Shown here: one piece after another, positions 14,568 through 27,263 of the stretch
Numbering within the stretch: position 1 is the first letter of the stretch
Layout of the letters: every line of letters starts with the position of its first letter
Source: Octopus sinensis
Lineage: Eukaryota
Assembly (NCBI RefSeq): GCF_006345805.1
Contig: NC_043025.1
Coordinates: forward strand, 186,001-250,000
DNA length: 64,000 nucleotides
Reading direction: 5' to 3'
The notes under the pieces: model-generated
What the model was told of the DNA's origin: nothing
The model's database searches: none
What the model saw: only the letters and a program-made list of their open reading frames with translations
Program-made: the position numbers and the translations under genes

Positions 14568-15184
14568 GGTGGGTGGGTGGGTGTGTTTGCGAGAGAAGGG
14601 AGTGGGAGGAGAGAGGAAAGCATGGGAGGTTGGAGTAATGCAGTAATAAGCTCTATAGAACATCCTTACATCGAATCTTTTAACAGTTTGCTCTTCACCC
14701 TGGATTCCCTTCATTCATTGGATTGTGGCCATGCTGGAGCACCGCCTTCAAGATTTCTGACGGGTTAACCGGACCTATTTATTTATTTATTTGTAATTTC
14801 TCCTTATTCTTCCGTCCTGTATTGCTGAAAGTTGTTTATAGAGACATAAACAAAGCAACACCGTGTCAGGCTGCAATCGTAGGATAAGGACACGCATAAA
14901 CATGAACACACACACACCTAGAGACTTCACAAGCTCCTAAATAAATAGAACTGTATGTTTTAACGCCCATCTCCAAACTAAGTTTTTTCTTCATGTTTAC
15001 ACTCGATGTAGGGAGTTTAAATGTTTACATCCTGTCATCGAATTGGAAATAAGGGCTTTTCCTCAATGACCTCGTGTCGCTTAATTTGGATGTGGTAGTA
15101 GTTAGAGAAACCTGGCTGAGTGGACTGACAAGCATTTCTCCCCGCCTAAACTGCAACGAGAAATTTATTTCTCCTTGTCACCCA
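12769..15184. repeat. Old nested inverted repeat: outer arms 12769-13270 / 14715-15184, inner arms 13275-13420 / 14105-14293
   Basis: ggtgaacaggagaaaaaaattctcgtagcagtttaaggaggggagaaatgctt (12769) matches the reverse complement of 15130-15184. Homology continues through a SINE-B-like half and GT/CA tracts. Confidence 0.8.
13700..14100 (+). mobile_element. CR1-group LINE RT fragment
   Basis: LYLDVAKA, FLKDRSQVVV, GVPQGSVLGP, YADDTK. Confidence 0.85.
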
Positions 15185-15194
15185 GAATGTGAAG

Positions 15195-15650
15195 AGGGGC
15201 AGTCGTAATTCTGCTCAAGAAAAACTGCATTTAGCATCAAGAGTAATCTTTATTGATCCGAGGGTGGGAGTAGACTGGGTATTTGATGTAAAACCATCAT
15301 TGATAAGTCTTTCAGGCTGGGGGGGTGTTTATAAAACTCCGACGACCGGACAGTTAGACGATTTTCTAGACTAGAGAATTTTCTAGGTACGTCACACTCA
15401 TTAGTGGATTGTGTTTGCTCGAATACAGATAGGAGGAAAAACACGTACCTCTTCGATCTGCTTAAGCGTTTTTTGCTGGCAAATCCGTATATACTGGAAC
15501 ACCCAGACGCTCCAGTGTGGACATGGATGAATAGCGATGGGTCTTCTAGATGTATAGATAAAGATTTATGTAACTACAGTGATCAGAAGCCTGTGGCCTC
15601 AAAGTTTGAACTCGATAGGTTACATAGGCAAGGTCCCGGTGACTAGAATC
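15195..15650 (+). mobile_element. L1/Tx1-like APE endonuclease relic with internal deletions
   Basis: Across frames: GAVVILLKKN, RVIFIDP, RLENFLGTSHSLV, EHPDAPVWTWMNSDGSSR, YSDQKPV...RQGPG, resembling the SDH...GxGxWKLN region of L1-clade APE. Confidence 0.6.
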
Positions 15651-15889
15651 TCCTTAGTTACCTTGGATTTCTTTAATTCATTGGATTGTGGCCATGCTGG
15701 GGCTCCGCCTTGAAGAATTTTCGTCGTTTTAACTGGACCTATATATTTATTTATTTACTTGTAATCTGTTCTTATGCTTCCGACCTGTAACGCTAAACGT
15801 TGCTTTATAGTGACATAAACAAAGTAACAACGTGTCAGGTTGCGATCAGAGGACAGGCATACACACAAAATATCTCAGGGACGCATGCA

Positions 15890-16232
15890 CCACACACACA
15901 CACACACACACATACATACACACACCCTTAATACATAGACGCATTCAGATATGAATGCACTTGCATTCATCCATGCCTGCGTATATTCATACATACATTT
16001 ATACATATATACATACATACACATATATACATATATACATACATACATACATGCATCCATACACACATACATACATACATACACGCATGCATATACATAT
16101 ATGCATGCAAACATACCTACATACATGCATACATACAGTCGCACATGCATGCATACATACATGCATACATACATACATACATATATACATACATATATGC
16201 AATCACATATATATATATATACATACAGACAC

Positions 16233-16267
<35 letters not shown>

Positions 16268-16304
16268 AATACATACATACATATATACGTATATATACAT
16301 ACAT
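15890..16304. repeat. Compound (CA)/(TACA)/(TA) microsatellite
   Basis: Direct reading; the source of several spurious ORFs. Confidence 0.9.
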
Positions 16305-17022
16305 GCATCGTTTTCTGACTACGAAGATGACTCATGAATCCAGCTTTACTGAGGCAGGGTCTTGCACAGACATCGCATGTCAGAATCAAAGGAAGACCCT
16401 TCCCTTCTGGAAGTGTACCAGCGATGCCCTTCCTGACATCCCTCCTTACTTTCTCATGTGCAACTCGAAATTTCTGAAATGTGGCTGTCCCCTCATGCAC
16501 AATCCTTCTCCACCTGCTACGATCAATAGCTATGCCTTCCCATGTGTCAGGAGAGATGCAAGCATCTCTTAAGGAAGCTTTCAGCAAGTCCTTATACCTC
16601 TTTTTTGGTTTATGTGGAGGTCGTTCTCCTTTAGCTAACTCTCCATAAAAGAGTTGTTTTGGCATCCTTGAATCCTTCATTCTGACCAGATGACCACTCC
16701 ATCTGAGCCTTTGCTTTAACACAAGAGCTTCTACACTTTCACACCGAGAGCCTTCGAGTATTTCAAGATCACCGATGCGGTCCTTCCACTTGATGCCATA
16801 GATCCGTCTGAGGCACATCTGATGGAAACATTGCAGTTGTTTAAGGTGGTATCCATATATGACCCACGTCTTGCAGGCAGAGAGAAGAGAAGGGAACACA
16901 CATGCCTTGTACACCTTTATCTTTGTCTTTCTGCATATGTATCGCGGACTCCATGGGCGCTTTTCTAGCCTTCCGAAAGCAACACTTGCTTTCCTAATTC
17001 TATATGGAATTTCATCATCCAC
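16305..17022 (-). mobile_element. Second copy of the RTE family (RT C-terminus to first C2H2 finger), next to the gap
   Basis: ORF 16117-17022: DDEIPYRIRKASVAFGRL...RLRWSGHLVRM...CDVCARPCLSKAGFMSHLRS; closely similar to 7380-8100. Confidence 0.92.
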
Positions 17023-17037
17023 ATTCTATATGGAATT

Positions 17038-17137
17038 NNNNNNNNNNNNNNNNNNNNNNNNNNNNNNNNNNNNNNNNNNNNNNNNNNNNNNNNNNNNNNN
17101 NNNNNNNNNNNNNNNNNNNNNNNNNNNNNNNNNNNNN
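17038..17137. other. Assembly gap (100 N)
   Basis: N run; ttctatatggaatt is duplicated just before it. Confidence 1.
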
Positions 17138-17566
17138 ATGTGGGTGTATATAGAGTTGTTTACTGTGATAGAAGTATAATTTTTTTTCTTTATAAAAGCG
17201 ACTTCAGTTGTTAATGTTAAGTCAAGTGTAACAACACTCTTCGCTTATTGTGGCATAAGTCACACAAACACCTTTTCTTCGATTCGCAACACACAGGCAC
17301 ACTGTTCATACTAACAATTACTACTAGAGACACACTCAATGACTTGTTAGTAATATTATATAACTATTCCTTGGTAATTTACATTCTGGGTTCGAATCCC
17401 GTCACCTTTTATCATTTGAGGGTCGATACAATTCTCTCAAGATTAACTTTGGCGTCGATATAATTAATTAGCAAAAGTTAAAACCTTATAATTGTAGTAA
17501 GCAGAATTATTTGTAGCTCGAGGTGCAACTTGTAGATGATTATTCTATTTATATAAGGACGTAGGG

Positions 17567-17880
17567 TGTAGGCGCGTGGCTTAGTGGTTAGGGTGTCAGC
17601 ATCATGATCGCATGATTGTGGTTTCGATTCCTGGACGGGGCGACGCGTTGGGTTCTTGAGCAAAACACTTCATTTCACGTTGCTCCAGTCCACTCAGCTG
17701 GCAAAAATGAGTAACGCTGTTCTACTCTTTCGTCCCAACTTTCTCTCTACTTCTTCTGTTTCTTTGGTAACGCTGTGATGGACTGGCGTCCCGTCCGGCT
17801 GGGGAACACATATGCCACATAAACCGGGAAACCGGGCCCATGAGCGCTGACTAGGCTTGAAAAGGGCGCATAAAAAGATA
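17567..17880 (+). mobile_element. tRNA-derived SINE, family C-like head with a different body
   Basis: A-box tggcttagtgg, B-box ggtttcgattcc, then cttgagcaaaacacttcatttcacgttgctccagtccactcagctg. Confidence 0.7.
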
Positions 17881-18316
17881 CGGACAGAGAATGGCACAGA
17901 GAGAACGAGTGTGAGTGAAAGAGAGGGAGAGTTTGAGTGAGGGAAAAACAATCTCATAAACCCCACTCCCAAGGAAGAGAAACTATGAGTTACTTCTACA
18001 CATCCTCTTGGAGATTATGTGAAGTTAATTTCACATGTGCCCCCGTCCAACTCCCGCATCTGGAGCCCACTTCTCTCTTGACTTCCATACCTCTGTATCT
18101 ATTCTTGGCCTTTACTTTTCACGGGTTGCACCCTATAGTATTTCTGTTTTACTTCCATCAAATCAGTTATGGTCATTTCCACCATGGTAACAAGCTCCTA
18201 TCTTCTTCCTTACTAATTCTTCAGATCCTTTCAACCAAAACAGCTTCGTCATCAACATTTATTCTTGTTAGATAGTAACATTATCGTTAATAATATTTAT
18301 ATATCTTGTATATATA

Positions 18317-18712
18317 GGCGCAGGAGTGGCTGTGTGGTAGGTAGCTTGTTTACCAACCACATGGTTCCGGGTTCAGTCCCACTGCGTGGCACCTTGGGAA
18401 AGTGTCTTCTACTATAGCCTCGGGCCGACCAAAGCCTTGTGAGTGGATTTGGTAGACGGAAACTGAAAGAAGCCCGTCGTATATATGTATATATATATAT
18501 GCGTGTGTGTGTTTGTGTCTGTGCTTGTCCCCCTAGCATTGCTTGACAACCGATGCTGGTGTGTTTATGTCCCCGTTACTTAGCGGTTCGGCAAAAGAGA
18601 CCGATAAAATAAGTACTGGGCTTACAAAAGAATAAGTCCCGGTGTCGAGTTGCTCGATTAAAGGCGGTGCTCCAGCATGGCCGCAGTCAAATGACTGAAA
18701 CAAGTAAAAGAA
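18317..18712 (+). mobile_element. SINE family B, full length (reference copy)
   Basis: Head ggcgcaggagtggctgtgtgg (A-box-like), ggttcagtccc (B-box-like), internal TA/GT tract, tail ...gtcaaatgactgaaacaagtaaaag; more than 10 copies in the window. Confidence 0.9.
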
Positions 18713-18844
18713 ACGAATAAAAGAAAAGAAACGAATATATAGATATATGTGTGTGCGTGTACATATATACTACTATGGCACTCCGTCGGTTGAGACGAAG
18801 AGGTTTCCAGTTGATCCAGTCAACAAGACTACTCATGAAATTCT

Positions 18845-19418
18845 TTTCTACTCTAGACACAAGGTCCGAAATTTTAGGGGAGTGGGCCATCGATTAGATC
18901 TACACCAGTACGGAACTTGTACTTGATTTATCCACCCCGAAAGGATGAAAGGCAAAGTCGACCTCGACGGAATTGGAACTCAGAAAGTAAAGACAGACGA
19001 AATACCTACTTCTTTACTACCAACAGGGGGCTAAACAGAGAGGGGACAAACAATGACAGACATAGGTATTAAGTCGATTATATCGACCCCAGTGCGTAAC
19101 TGGCCCTTATTTAATCGACCCCGAAACGATGAAAGGGAAAGTCGACCTCGGCGGAATTGGAACTCAGAAAGTAAAGACAGACGAAATACCTATTTCTTTA
19201 CTACCAACAGGGAGCTAAGCACAGAGGGGACGAACAAGGACAAACTGATTAAGTCGATTATATCGACCCCAGTGCGTAACTGGTACTTAATTTATTGACC
19301 TCGAATGAATGAAAGGTAAAGTCGACCTCGGCGGAATTTGAACTCAGAACGTAGCGGCAGACGAAATACTGCTAAGTATTTCGCCAGGCGGGCTAACGTT
19401 TCTGCCAGCACGCCGCCT
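18845..19418 (-). mobile_element. SINE family A trimer: head + two core/tail-1 units + terminal core/tail-2
   Basis: Head ggcggcgtgctggcagaaacgttagc at 19418; three copies of gtcgacctcg(g/a)cggaatt(t/g)gaactcaga about 180 bp apart. Confidence 0.85.
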
Positions 19419-20010
19419 TAGACTCTTCGTGAAATTAATATGCAAGTAGCTGAGTACTCCACAGACACGTGTACCCTTAACGTAGTTCTCGGTGAGATTC
19501 AGCGTGACACATAGTGTGACATGGCTGGCCCCTTTGAAATACAGGTACAACAGAAACAGGAAGACAGAGTGAGAGAAAGTTGTGGTGAAATAATACAGCA
19601 GGGTTCGCCGCAAGCCCTTGCTGGAGCCTCGAAGATCTTTACGTGTTTTAGTTTAATGAACATTTGCGATGAGTTGGACTTTATTTCACATTCCTTGACA
19701 AGAATGACTCACCCTGCGATGGACTGTTGTCCCGTCCATATGCGGAATATATATGCCAAGGTAGACTGTTCCCATGCGTCTAGCTGCCAACAGAAGTAAC
19801 TTTATTTACTATTTATATATGTATATATATGTGTATGTATATGTGCGTATATATGTATGTATTTGCATGCTTTTTAAATCTAGTAGTTATTCTATCGGTA
19901 TCTTTTGCTGAACCGCAAAGTTACGGGGACGTAAACACTACAGCATTGGTTGTGAAGCGATGGTGCGGTGACAAACACAAACACAAACATATATATATTA
20001 TATATATATA

Positions 20011-20446
20011 TACATCCGATGGGCTTCTTTCAGTTTCCATCTACCTAATCTACTCACAAGGATTGGGTCAGCCCGCGGCTATAGAATAAGACACTCACCA
20101 AAGGTGCCTCGCAGTGAGATTGAACTCAGAACAATGTGGTAGGTAAGCAAGCTTCTCACCACACAGTCACGTGTCACTTTTCAACTTTCTATATATGAAT
20201 GTATATATTTGTCTATATAAATATATTGTTATGAGCACACGTACATCGAGCAATGGATATATATATATATATATATATATAAAAAGTTAAAAGTGACACG
20301 TGACTGTGTGGTGAGAAGCTTGCTTACCTACCACATTTTCTGATTCAATCTCACTGCGAGGCACCTTTGTGAGTGTCTTATTCTATAGCCGCGGGCTACC
20401 CATCCTTGTGATAGATTAGGTAGATAAACTGAAAGCCCATCGGATG

Positions 20447-20448
<2 letters not shown>
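20011..20448. repeat. Palindrome of a SINE-B 5' half (arms 20011-20187 / 20283-20448)
   Basis: The right arm is the reverse complement of the left arm, with several 1-3 nt deletions. Confidence 0.9.
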
Positions 20449-20477
<29 letters not shown>

Positions 20478-20480
20478 ATA

Positions 20481-20534
<54 letters not shown>

Positions 20535-20535
<1 letters not shown>

Positions 20536-20777
20536 ATTTATATAGAGGGCATCATACATACATGCCAGGAGGCATTCTACATACACGCCATACGCTAAGA
20601 GGACAATCAGTCATTTCTACCAAAATATTACTAATCCCACCGAATGCAATTTTTCAAAGAAATACATTCGGTGGGATTAGTAATATTTTTGGTAGAAATG
20701 ACTGATTGTCCCTCTTAGCGTATGGCGTGTATGTAGAATGCCTCCTGGCATGTATGTATAATGCCTATATATAAATT
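20535..20777. repeat. 243-bp near-perfect palindrome (MITE-like), 18-nt loop at 20647-20664
   Basis: ...ctaatcccaccgaatg / cattcggtgggattag...; the arms differ mainly by homopolymer indels. Confidence 0.9.
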
Positions 20778-20884
20778 AATATGTTCAATAGAAATATTAT
20801 TTTCGAAATTTTTTCTCTATGAGGTTTTACGCTATCTACCTGACAATTCTTGTTAAGTTTTCCTTTAAGTATTGTCCTTAATTG

Positions 20885-20936
<52 letters not shown>

Positions 20937-21289
20937 ATACATGCACAGATATACAGAAACACAACACAACAAATCGAAGTAGTCGCCACACCATGCACGG
21001 CACACACACACAAGCGTCAATTACTGCTATGTCTTGATAACCATATCCTGTTGGTATATTTATAGTTATTTGCTGGAAGCCTACATTCTGGGTTCGAATT
21101 CTATTATTCAACACTAAATTATCATTTCAGGGTGACGAAATAACAACTATGAAACTATAAAATATATAAGTATGTATGAAAGTATATATTCATCCACTCT
21201 CACTAATGAGGGTGGGTAAATGTATGTGTATATATATATATAATATATATATATATATTATATATATATATATAGACATATATATTTGC

Positions 21290-21324
<35 letters not shown>

Positions 21325-21339
21325 TATATACATACATAT

Positions 21340-21384
<45 letters not shown>

Positions 21385-21744
21385 TAAGTCTAGTAGTTAT
21401 TCTATCGGTACCTTTTGCCGAACCGCAAAGTTACGGGGACTTAAACACAACAGCATTGGTTGTGAAGCGATAGTGCGTTGTTAAACGCTAGCACAAACAC
21501 ATATATATACATCCGATGGGCTTCTTTCAGTTTCCGTCTACCAAATCTACTCACAAGGATCGGGTCAGCCCGTGGCTATAGAATAAGACACTCGCCAAAG
21601 GTGCCACGCAGTGAGATTGAACTCAGAACAATATGGTAGGTAAGCAAGCTTCTCACCACACAGCCACGTGTCACTTTTCAGCTTTCTATATATGAATGTA
21701 TATATTTGTATATATAAATATATTATGAGCACAAGTACATCGAG

Positions 21745-21798
<54 letters not shown>

Positions 21799-22059
21799 GA
21801 GAGAGTGTGATAGATAGATATATATATACATACATACATGCGCATATATATACACATACACAAACACAAAAAATCGAAACAGTCGCCCACACGCATGCAC
21901 GGGCACACACACACATAGCCTCAATTACTGCTATGTCTTGATAACCACATATCCTGTTGGTATTATTTATAGCTATTTGCTGGGAGCCTACATTCTGGGT
22001 TCGAATTCTATTAATGCCAACACTACTTTATCATTTCAGGGTTGACGAAATAACAACGA

Positions 22060-22142
22060 TGAAACTACATATATATATATATATAATAATATATATTATA
22101 TATATAGATATATATAACCATATAATAATATTATATATATAG

Positions 22143-22192
<50 letters not shown>

Positions 22193-22231
22193 ATATATAT
22201 ATATATATATTCTATATACATACTATATACA

Positions 22232-22269
<38 letters not shown>

Positions 22270-22460
22270 TATATACTTGCATGTATATAAATATATATAT
22301 ATACATACACATATACATACATATATATATATGCACACACACATATATATATATATGTAAATATATAGATATATATATACACACATATATACATGTATAT
22401 ATATACACACACACACATATATATACATATATATATATAAATAAATATATATATATATAT
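22060..22460. repeat. Long compound (TA)/(CA) microsatellite
   Basis: Direct reading. Confidence 0.95.
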
Positions 22461-23109
22461 TGTTAAAATCATCATAGCATATTTCTAAGGTGTTGTTTTG
22501 CTGCTATTTCTAGCATTTAAATTGTCTTCCACAATGTCCTTCTTTGCTGGGAGAGAGTCAGACAGAGAGTGAGGAAGAGTCAAAAAGAGAGTGAGAATGA
22601 ACATTGAACAGCTTTATAGAGAGGGGGATTAGATAAACTAGATTGTCTACCTGTTTTATTCTCTCCCTCACTCTAAGTCTAATTATATATGTATCTATTT
22701 CTCCCCTCTGCCTTCCATTCTATCTATTTCACCCTCTCTTGATCTCTTATTCTATTACTCTTCCACTCTCTCTCTCTCTATCATTCTCACCCACGCATTT
22801 TCTTGTCGCTTTCCATAAAATTTTAAACATGGAGAGTAGACAAAAATTTAGATTTCAATACATATGGCTTCTATTCGTCTGAATTGTTCAAACACGCCCC
22901 AGCTGGAACATGTTATATACATATACCACATATAATTATACACAAATCATGTATATATATACACGAAATTATTAAAATTATGAAAAAGAGTATCTAAGAG
23001 ATACCATCATACTAGACATAGCAGCCAAAACTTGAGTCTAAAACCACATTAAATGTTCACACCAGGAGAGAAGAGAAGAGAGACAAAATAAACTAACAAA
23101 ACAGATAAT

Positions 23110-23395
23110 AATAACAAACTCGTTTGCTAGTTAACGCCAACCACTCCGTGAGTGTAGTGGGTGCTTTTTATGTGCCAGGGGAGGCTGGCAACGACCACGA
23201 TCGGTTGGTGCTTTTTTCGTGCCACGGCAATCATCATCATCATCACCACATACCGTCCACCTTCCATGCATTTATGAGTAAGATGGGTGACAGGAGCCAT
23301 CCAGGTAGAAAAAACTACCCTGGGCTACTGTCTATTTTGGCATGGATTTTACAGCTGGATGCCCTTCCAAACGCCAACCACAAGTTTTGGCCCAC
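23110..23395 (-). mobile_element. SINE family D fragments ((GAT)n-tailed)
   Basis: aacgccaaccactcc and acagctggatgcccttccaaacgccaacc match the reverse complement of 56150-56490. Confidence 0.65.
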
Positions 23396-23423
23396 TGTAT
23401 GACACCTTGGGCAAGTACCTTCT

Positions 23424-23474
<51 letters not shown>

Positions 23475-23980
23475 TTCCATTTGCCTTTACCGAAAATTGC
23501 TCAGGTATGAACGATGAGATTATCATTTTCCCTGTTAATAGACAAACCATTGGAATAAGTGATCCCTTGAACAACAGGTAAGGGTTAATAACATGAAGAG
23601 GATCCAGATGCAGAAAGAATGGATCAATATTATACTTATACAACCCATGGTAGTATGGAGAAAAGGTGTAAAATGATTGCTTTATATGCATAAACGTACA
23701 TATATAAGTCTATGTATGTGTATTCTCGTTTACATGTGTGAGTAGCTGTATGGCATAGTGATTCGGGTGTTACCCTCACAACAGCTAGATCGTGGGTTTG
23801 ATTCTTGCAATGCCCTTCCTTTCCCAAGACTTCCGAATGTTCGCCTGCTTTCCTAACCAGTGGAGTGGCATCATTGAAAACGTAAAACGATGCAAAGCAC
23901 ATTGTGACCAGTGATGTGTAACATCTGACACAGTGAAATCGATCATTTAATTACATGATGATATATAATATATATATATA

Positions 23981-24013
<33 letters not shown>

Positions 24014-24063
24014 ATGTATGTATGTATGTATGTATGTATGTATGTATGGATGGATGGATGTTA

Positions 24064-24615
24064 TACCTTCAGCACATCGTTCAGTGAGGTGAATGCTCTC
24101 CATCCTGCTCTTAACCTTCGCGACATCTCATTCTCCATCTCTCGCCTCTAGTCACTTCTTGACCAAGATACACATCGCTGTCCATCTCTTCTATTTCATC
24201 GCCCCGACTGATGGCTGACCAATTGGTGTGCCTTCAGACTGTGTGTACTTGGTTTTCATAAGATTGATCTTAGAAGCCGAGTGCCGAACCCCTGAAATTT
24301 AGTTCGTCCATCATGGTCTGCAGCTGGTCGCTGTTCTCTGCTCTCAGCGCTATGTTGTCAGCGAGACTTAGAAGCTAGACAAGGCCATTCACACCAATCA
24401 CTTCAGCAGCACACACTTTCCTGTAATGCTATACACATGTGAGACTTGGGCCTTACAGCGCAGAGATCCATGGAAACGTTGATGTTGGGAATCTGGCCAA
24501 GAGATCACACCTGGAACGCGGATATCAATGAAGTGAAGGACATCGTCGCAGAATACCCCCACACAAATCTACGATGGTCCCCTCAAGTCGCAAGTGTTAC
24601 AAACCGTGCAGTTGT
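24064..24615. mobile_element. RTE fragment with an internal inversion (24064-24366 minus; about 24371-24615 plus)
   Basis: Minus: LADNIAL...KINLMKTK...VYLGQEV...RRLRAGWRAFTSLNDVLK. Plus continues KLDKA...FPVMLYTCETWAL...QRSMETLMLGI...LRWS. Confidence 0.8.
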
Positions 24616-25030
24616 AAGGTGATCGAACACACAGTCAGAGGTTACACATCATTAAACACAATGCGCTTTGCATCATTTTAGCATTCGGATGATGTTACCC
24701 CACTGGTTAAGAAAGCAGGCCAACATTATGAAGTCCAGTCTGTCGTAGGGTTAACCATTTACAGCAATGGGAAAGGAATTGTATATTTTCTTTCTGACTA
24801 CATCTCCGCCACTCAATCCTTTCTGTCGAAGAGCGAAGGCTCCGATCAACAAAGACTTCTCCATTTTCCCGAGTGTCAAACTCATACACCTTGTTGTGCC
24901 ATCACCTGACCTGTCTTCGTCTTTTGTTTCCTGTAAATTTGTATATACATATATATGCTTTTAATATATATATATATATATACAATATATATATATGTTG
25001 GTGTGTGTGTGTGCGTGCGTGTGTGTGTGT

Positions 25031-25345
25031 ATGGAGGCAAAGTGGCCCAGTGGTTAGGGCAGCGGACTCGCAGTTGTAGGATCGCGATTTCGATTCCCAG
25101 ACCGGGCGTTGTGAGTGTTTATTGAACGATAACACCTAAAACGCTCCACGAGGCTCCAGCAGGGGGTGGTGGCGATCCCTGCTGTACTCTTTCACCACAA
25201 CTTTCTCTCACTCTTTCTTCTGTTGGCCTGCTCGCTTAGCCAGTGGGGTGGCGTCATTCGAAGGCTGAAACAATGCGAAGCGCATTGTGACCAGCGATGT
25301 GTAGCAACGTCTGATAGCCTGGTCGGTCACAGTGATCACGGTGAT
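25031..25345 (+). mobile_element. SINE family C, full length
   Basis: tRNA-like head agtggcccagtggttagggcagcggactcg...tttcgattcc; tail ggtcggtcacagtgatcacggtga. Confidence 0.88.
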
Positions 25346-25365
25346 ACACACACATACACACACAC

Positions 25366-25434
<69 letters not shown>

Positions 25435-25884
25435 ACATATACTTTTAAAAATCAAAGTTTGTACGTTGACCGCTATTTTCACCAGACAAAAATTACTAAG
25501 AGGTCAGTTGTTTCGTGTGATTTCAATTGACGTGACCTTCATTAGTCTGTCAAAACGGGTTTGGTGTCGGGAAATTACCTTTACAATTTGAAGCTCGAAA
25601 GTGTGGAAGTTGTAAAGATATTTTATGGACAGGTCAGTTACGCTGGGGAAAAAAGAAAGCTAAAACAACAAAAGGAGTGGGAGGGAGTTACAGTTAGAGA
25701 CGCTAAATACAGGCAACATGACGTCATCGGTTTCACACACTCAAAGGCACACACACACATACACACACACGCCCACATACACACGCACACATATACACAC
25801 ACACACACACACGCGAACGCACGCACAAACACACGCACGCACACACGCACACAAGCGCACACACACTCACATACCCACACGCAA

Positions 25885-25915
<31 letters not shown>

Positions 25916-26278
25916 TACACACGCGCGCCCTCACACACAAACACACACGCATGCGTATTCTTATTTTTTATTGTTTTACTTGTTTCGGGCATTAGACCGC
26001 AGCCATGCTGGAGCACCGCCTTCAAGGGTTTTGGCAGAACAAACCGACCCCGGTGCGTTTATTCAGCCTAATACTTATTTCATCAGTATCTTTAAGCGAA
26101 CCACTAAGTTATGGGAGTGAAATGCCATAGTTTGACGGGATCGAACCCGGAACCATATGGTTGGTGACTAAATATAAAAATATATACATATATGAACTGT
26201 TTTTTTTTTGTCTTGGGAGGGTCATATGCCAACATTATTAACACACGCACTGGTTCAGTTTCAGTCCTTTATTATTAG

Positions 26279-26993
26279 TCTATACTAAATTAATCTATTT
26301 CCTATGCATGCACACATACATACACACACATAAACATACAAATGTATATATAAAGATAGAGGAACATTTACTGGACCGATTTTTATGAAGTTTGGTAAAC
26401 GAATGAAATAAAGTCACGTGAGTGAATTTATAAACGACAAAAATGAATTGCATGTTACGGGATTTATTTTTGATGTTTTAAACATTTTACTTCAGGACAA
26501 ACAGTATGAATCGTAGAAGATAACATAACATTTTTCTGTCATCCGAAGCCCAACGCTCCGAAAGTCGAAGGGTTATGGAAACACAAGAAGAAAGACAGGC
26601 ACCAGTGTAAGGGACAAAGAAATGCCGTGGAGATACAACAGCAACGAGAAGTAAAAAGGCCAGTTTCAAACGAGTAGACAAGTCCACCAGGTGTGACACG
26701 AAACACCAGGGGAGAATTGACAAAGGTTGGAGTCTGAAACCAATAGAAAAACCAGCTTAACTGAATATACGTTAACAGAACAACTTCAAAGTAACGCAGA
26801 TAGAAATGAATGTTCCAGAGAACAGGAAATATCTGACCAACTGCAAGTCAGTTTGCAATTTAGGACGTTTTCTTGTGAAGAGTGGCGACTAGTAGCCTTT
26901 AGCTGAGATTTTATAGATAAGCATTACGAAAGATGCCTTTTGAAGAGATTTGTGTACAGTGCATACCGAGGCGAAGGCCGGGTGACTTGCTAG
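26279..26993 (+). mobile_element. Non-autonomous Helitron with an STPR-like relic
   Basis: 5' TCTATACTAA; ggaccgatttttatgaagtttgg; ETQEERQA at 26578; imperfect 3' hairpin ccgaggcgaaggccgg; CTAG|T at 26990-26994. Confidence 0.6.
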
Positions 26994-27091
26994 TATGTAT
27001 ATTCTAAATACACATATTTGTATATTAATATATACATGCTATATATATGCATACAAAGAACTTACGTTATTTATATATATATATTAATATC

Positions 27092-27126
<35 letters not shown>

Positions 27127-27208
27127 TAATATATATATACATATATACATACATATATACATATATATATACATATACACACATATATATACACACATAT
27201 ATATATAC

Positions 27209-27263
<55 letters not shown>

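Larger units (their letters stand above)
19880..22080. repeat. Tandem duplication: about 19880-21170 vs about 21390-22080 (SINE-B minus copy plus unique flanks)
   Basis: Shared non-SINE flanks gtcacttttca(a/g)ctttctatatatgaatg...gtacatcgag and tcaattactgctatgtcttgataacca...cctacattctgggttcgaattc. Confidence 0.85.

Noticed and set aside
15875-16572. H/T/Y/I-rich and C/V-rich ORFs here and at many other TA/CA tracts
   Set aside because: Microsatellite translations.
16997-17037. Short duplication ttctatatggaatt beside the gap
   Set aside because: Most likely a contig-end artefact.
17990-18275. Possible very old RT fragment on the minus strand (DDEAVLV...SKTEIL)
   Set aside because: Too degenerate to call without a profile search.
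25031-25105. Functional tRNA gene (also other SINE heads)
   Set aside because: A/B boxes are present but continue into multicopy SINE bodies; no complete cloverleaf seen.
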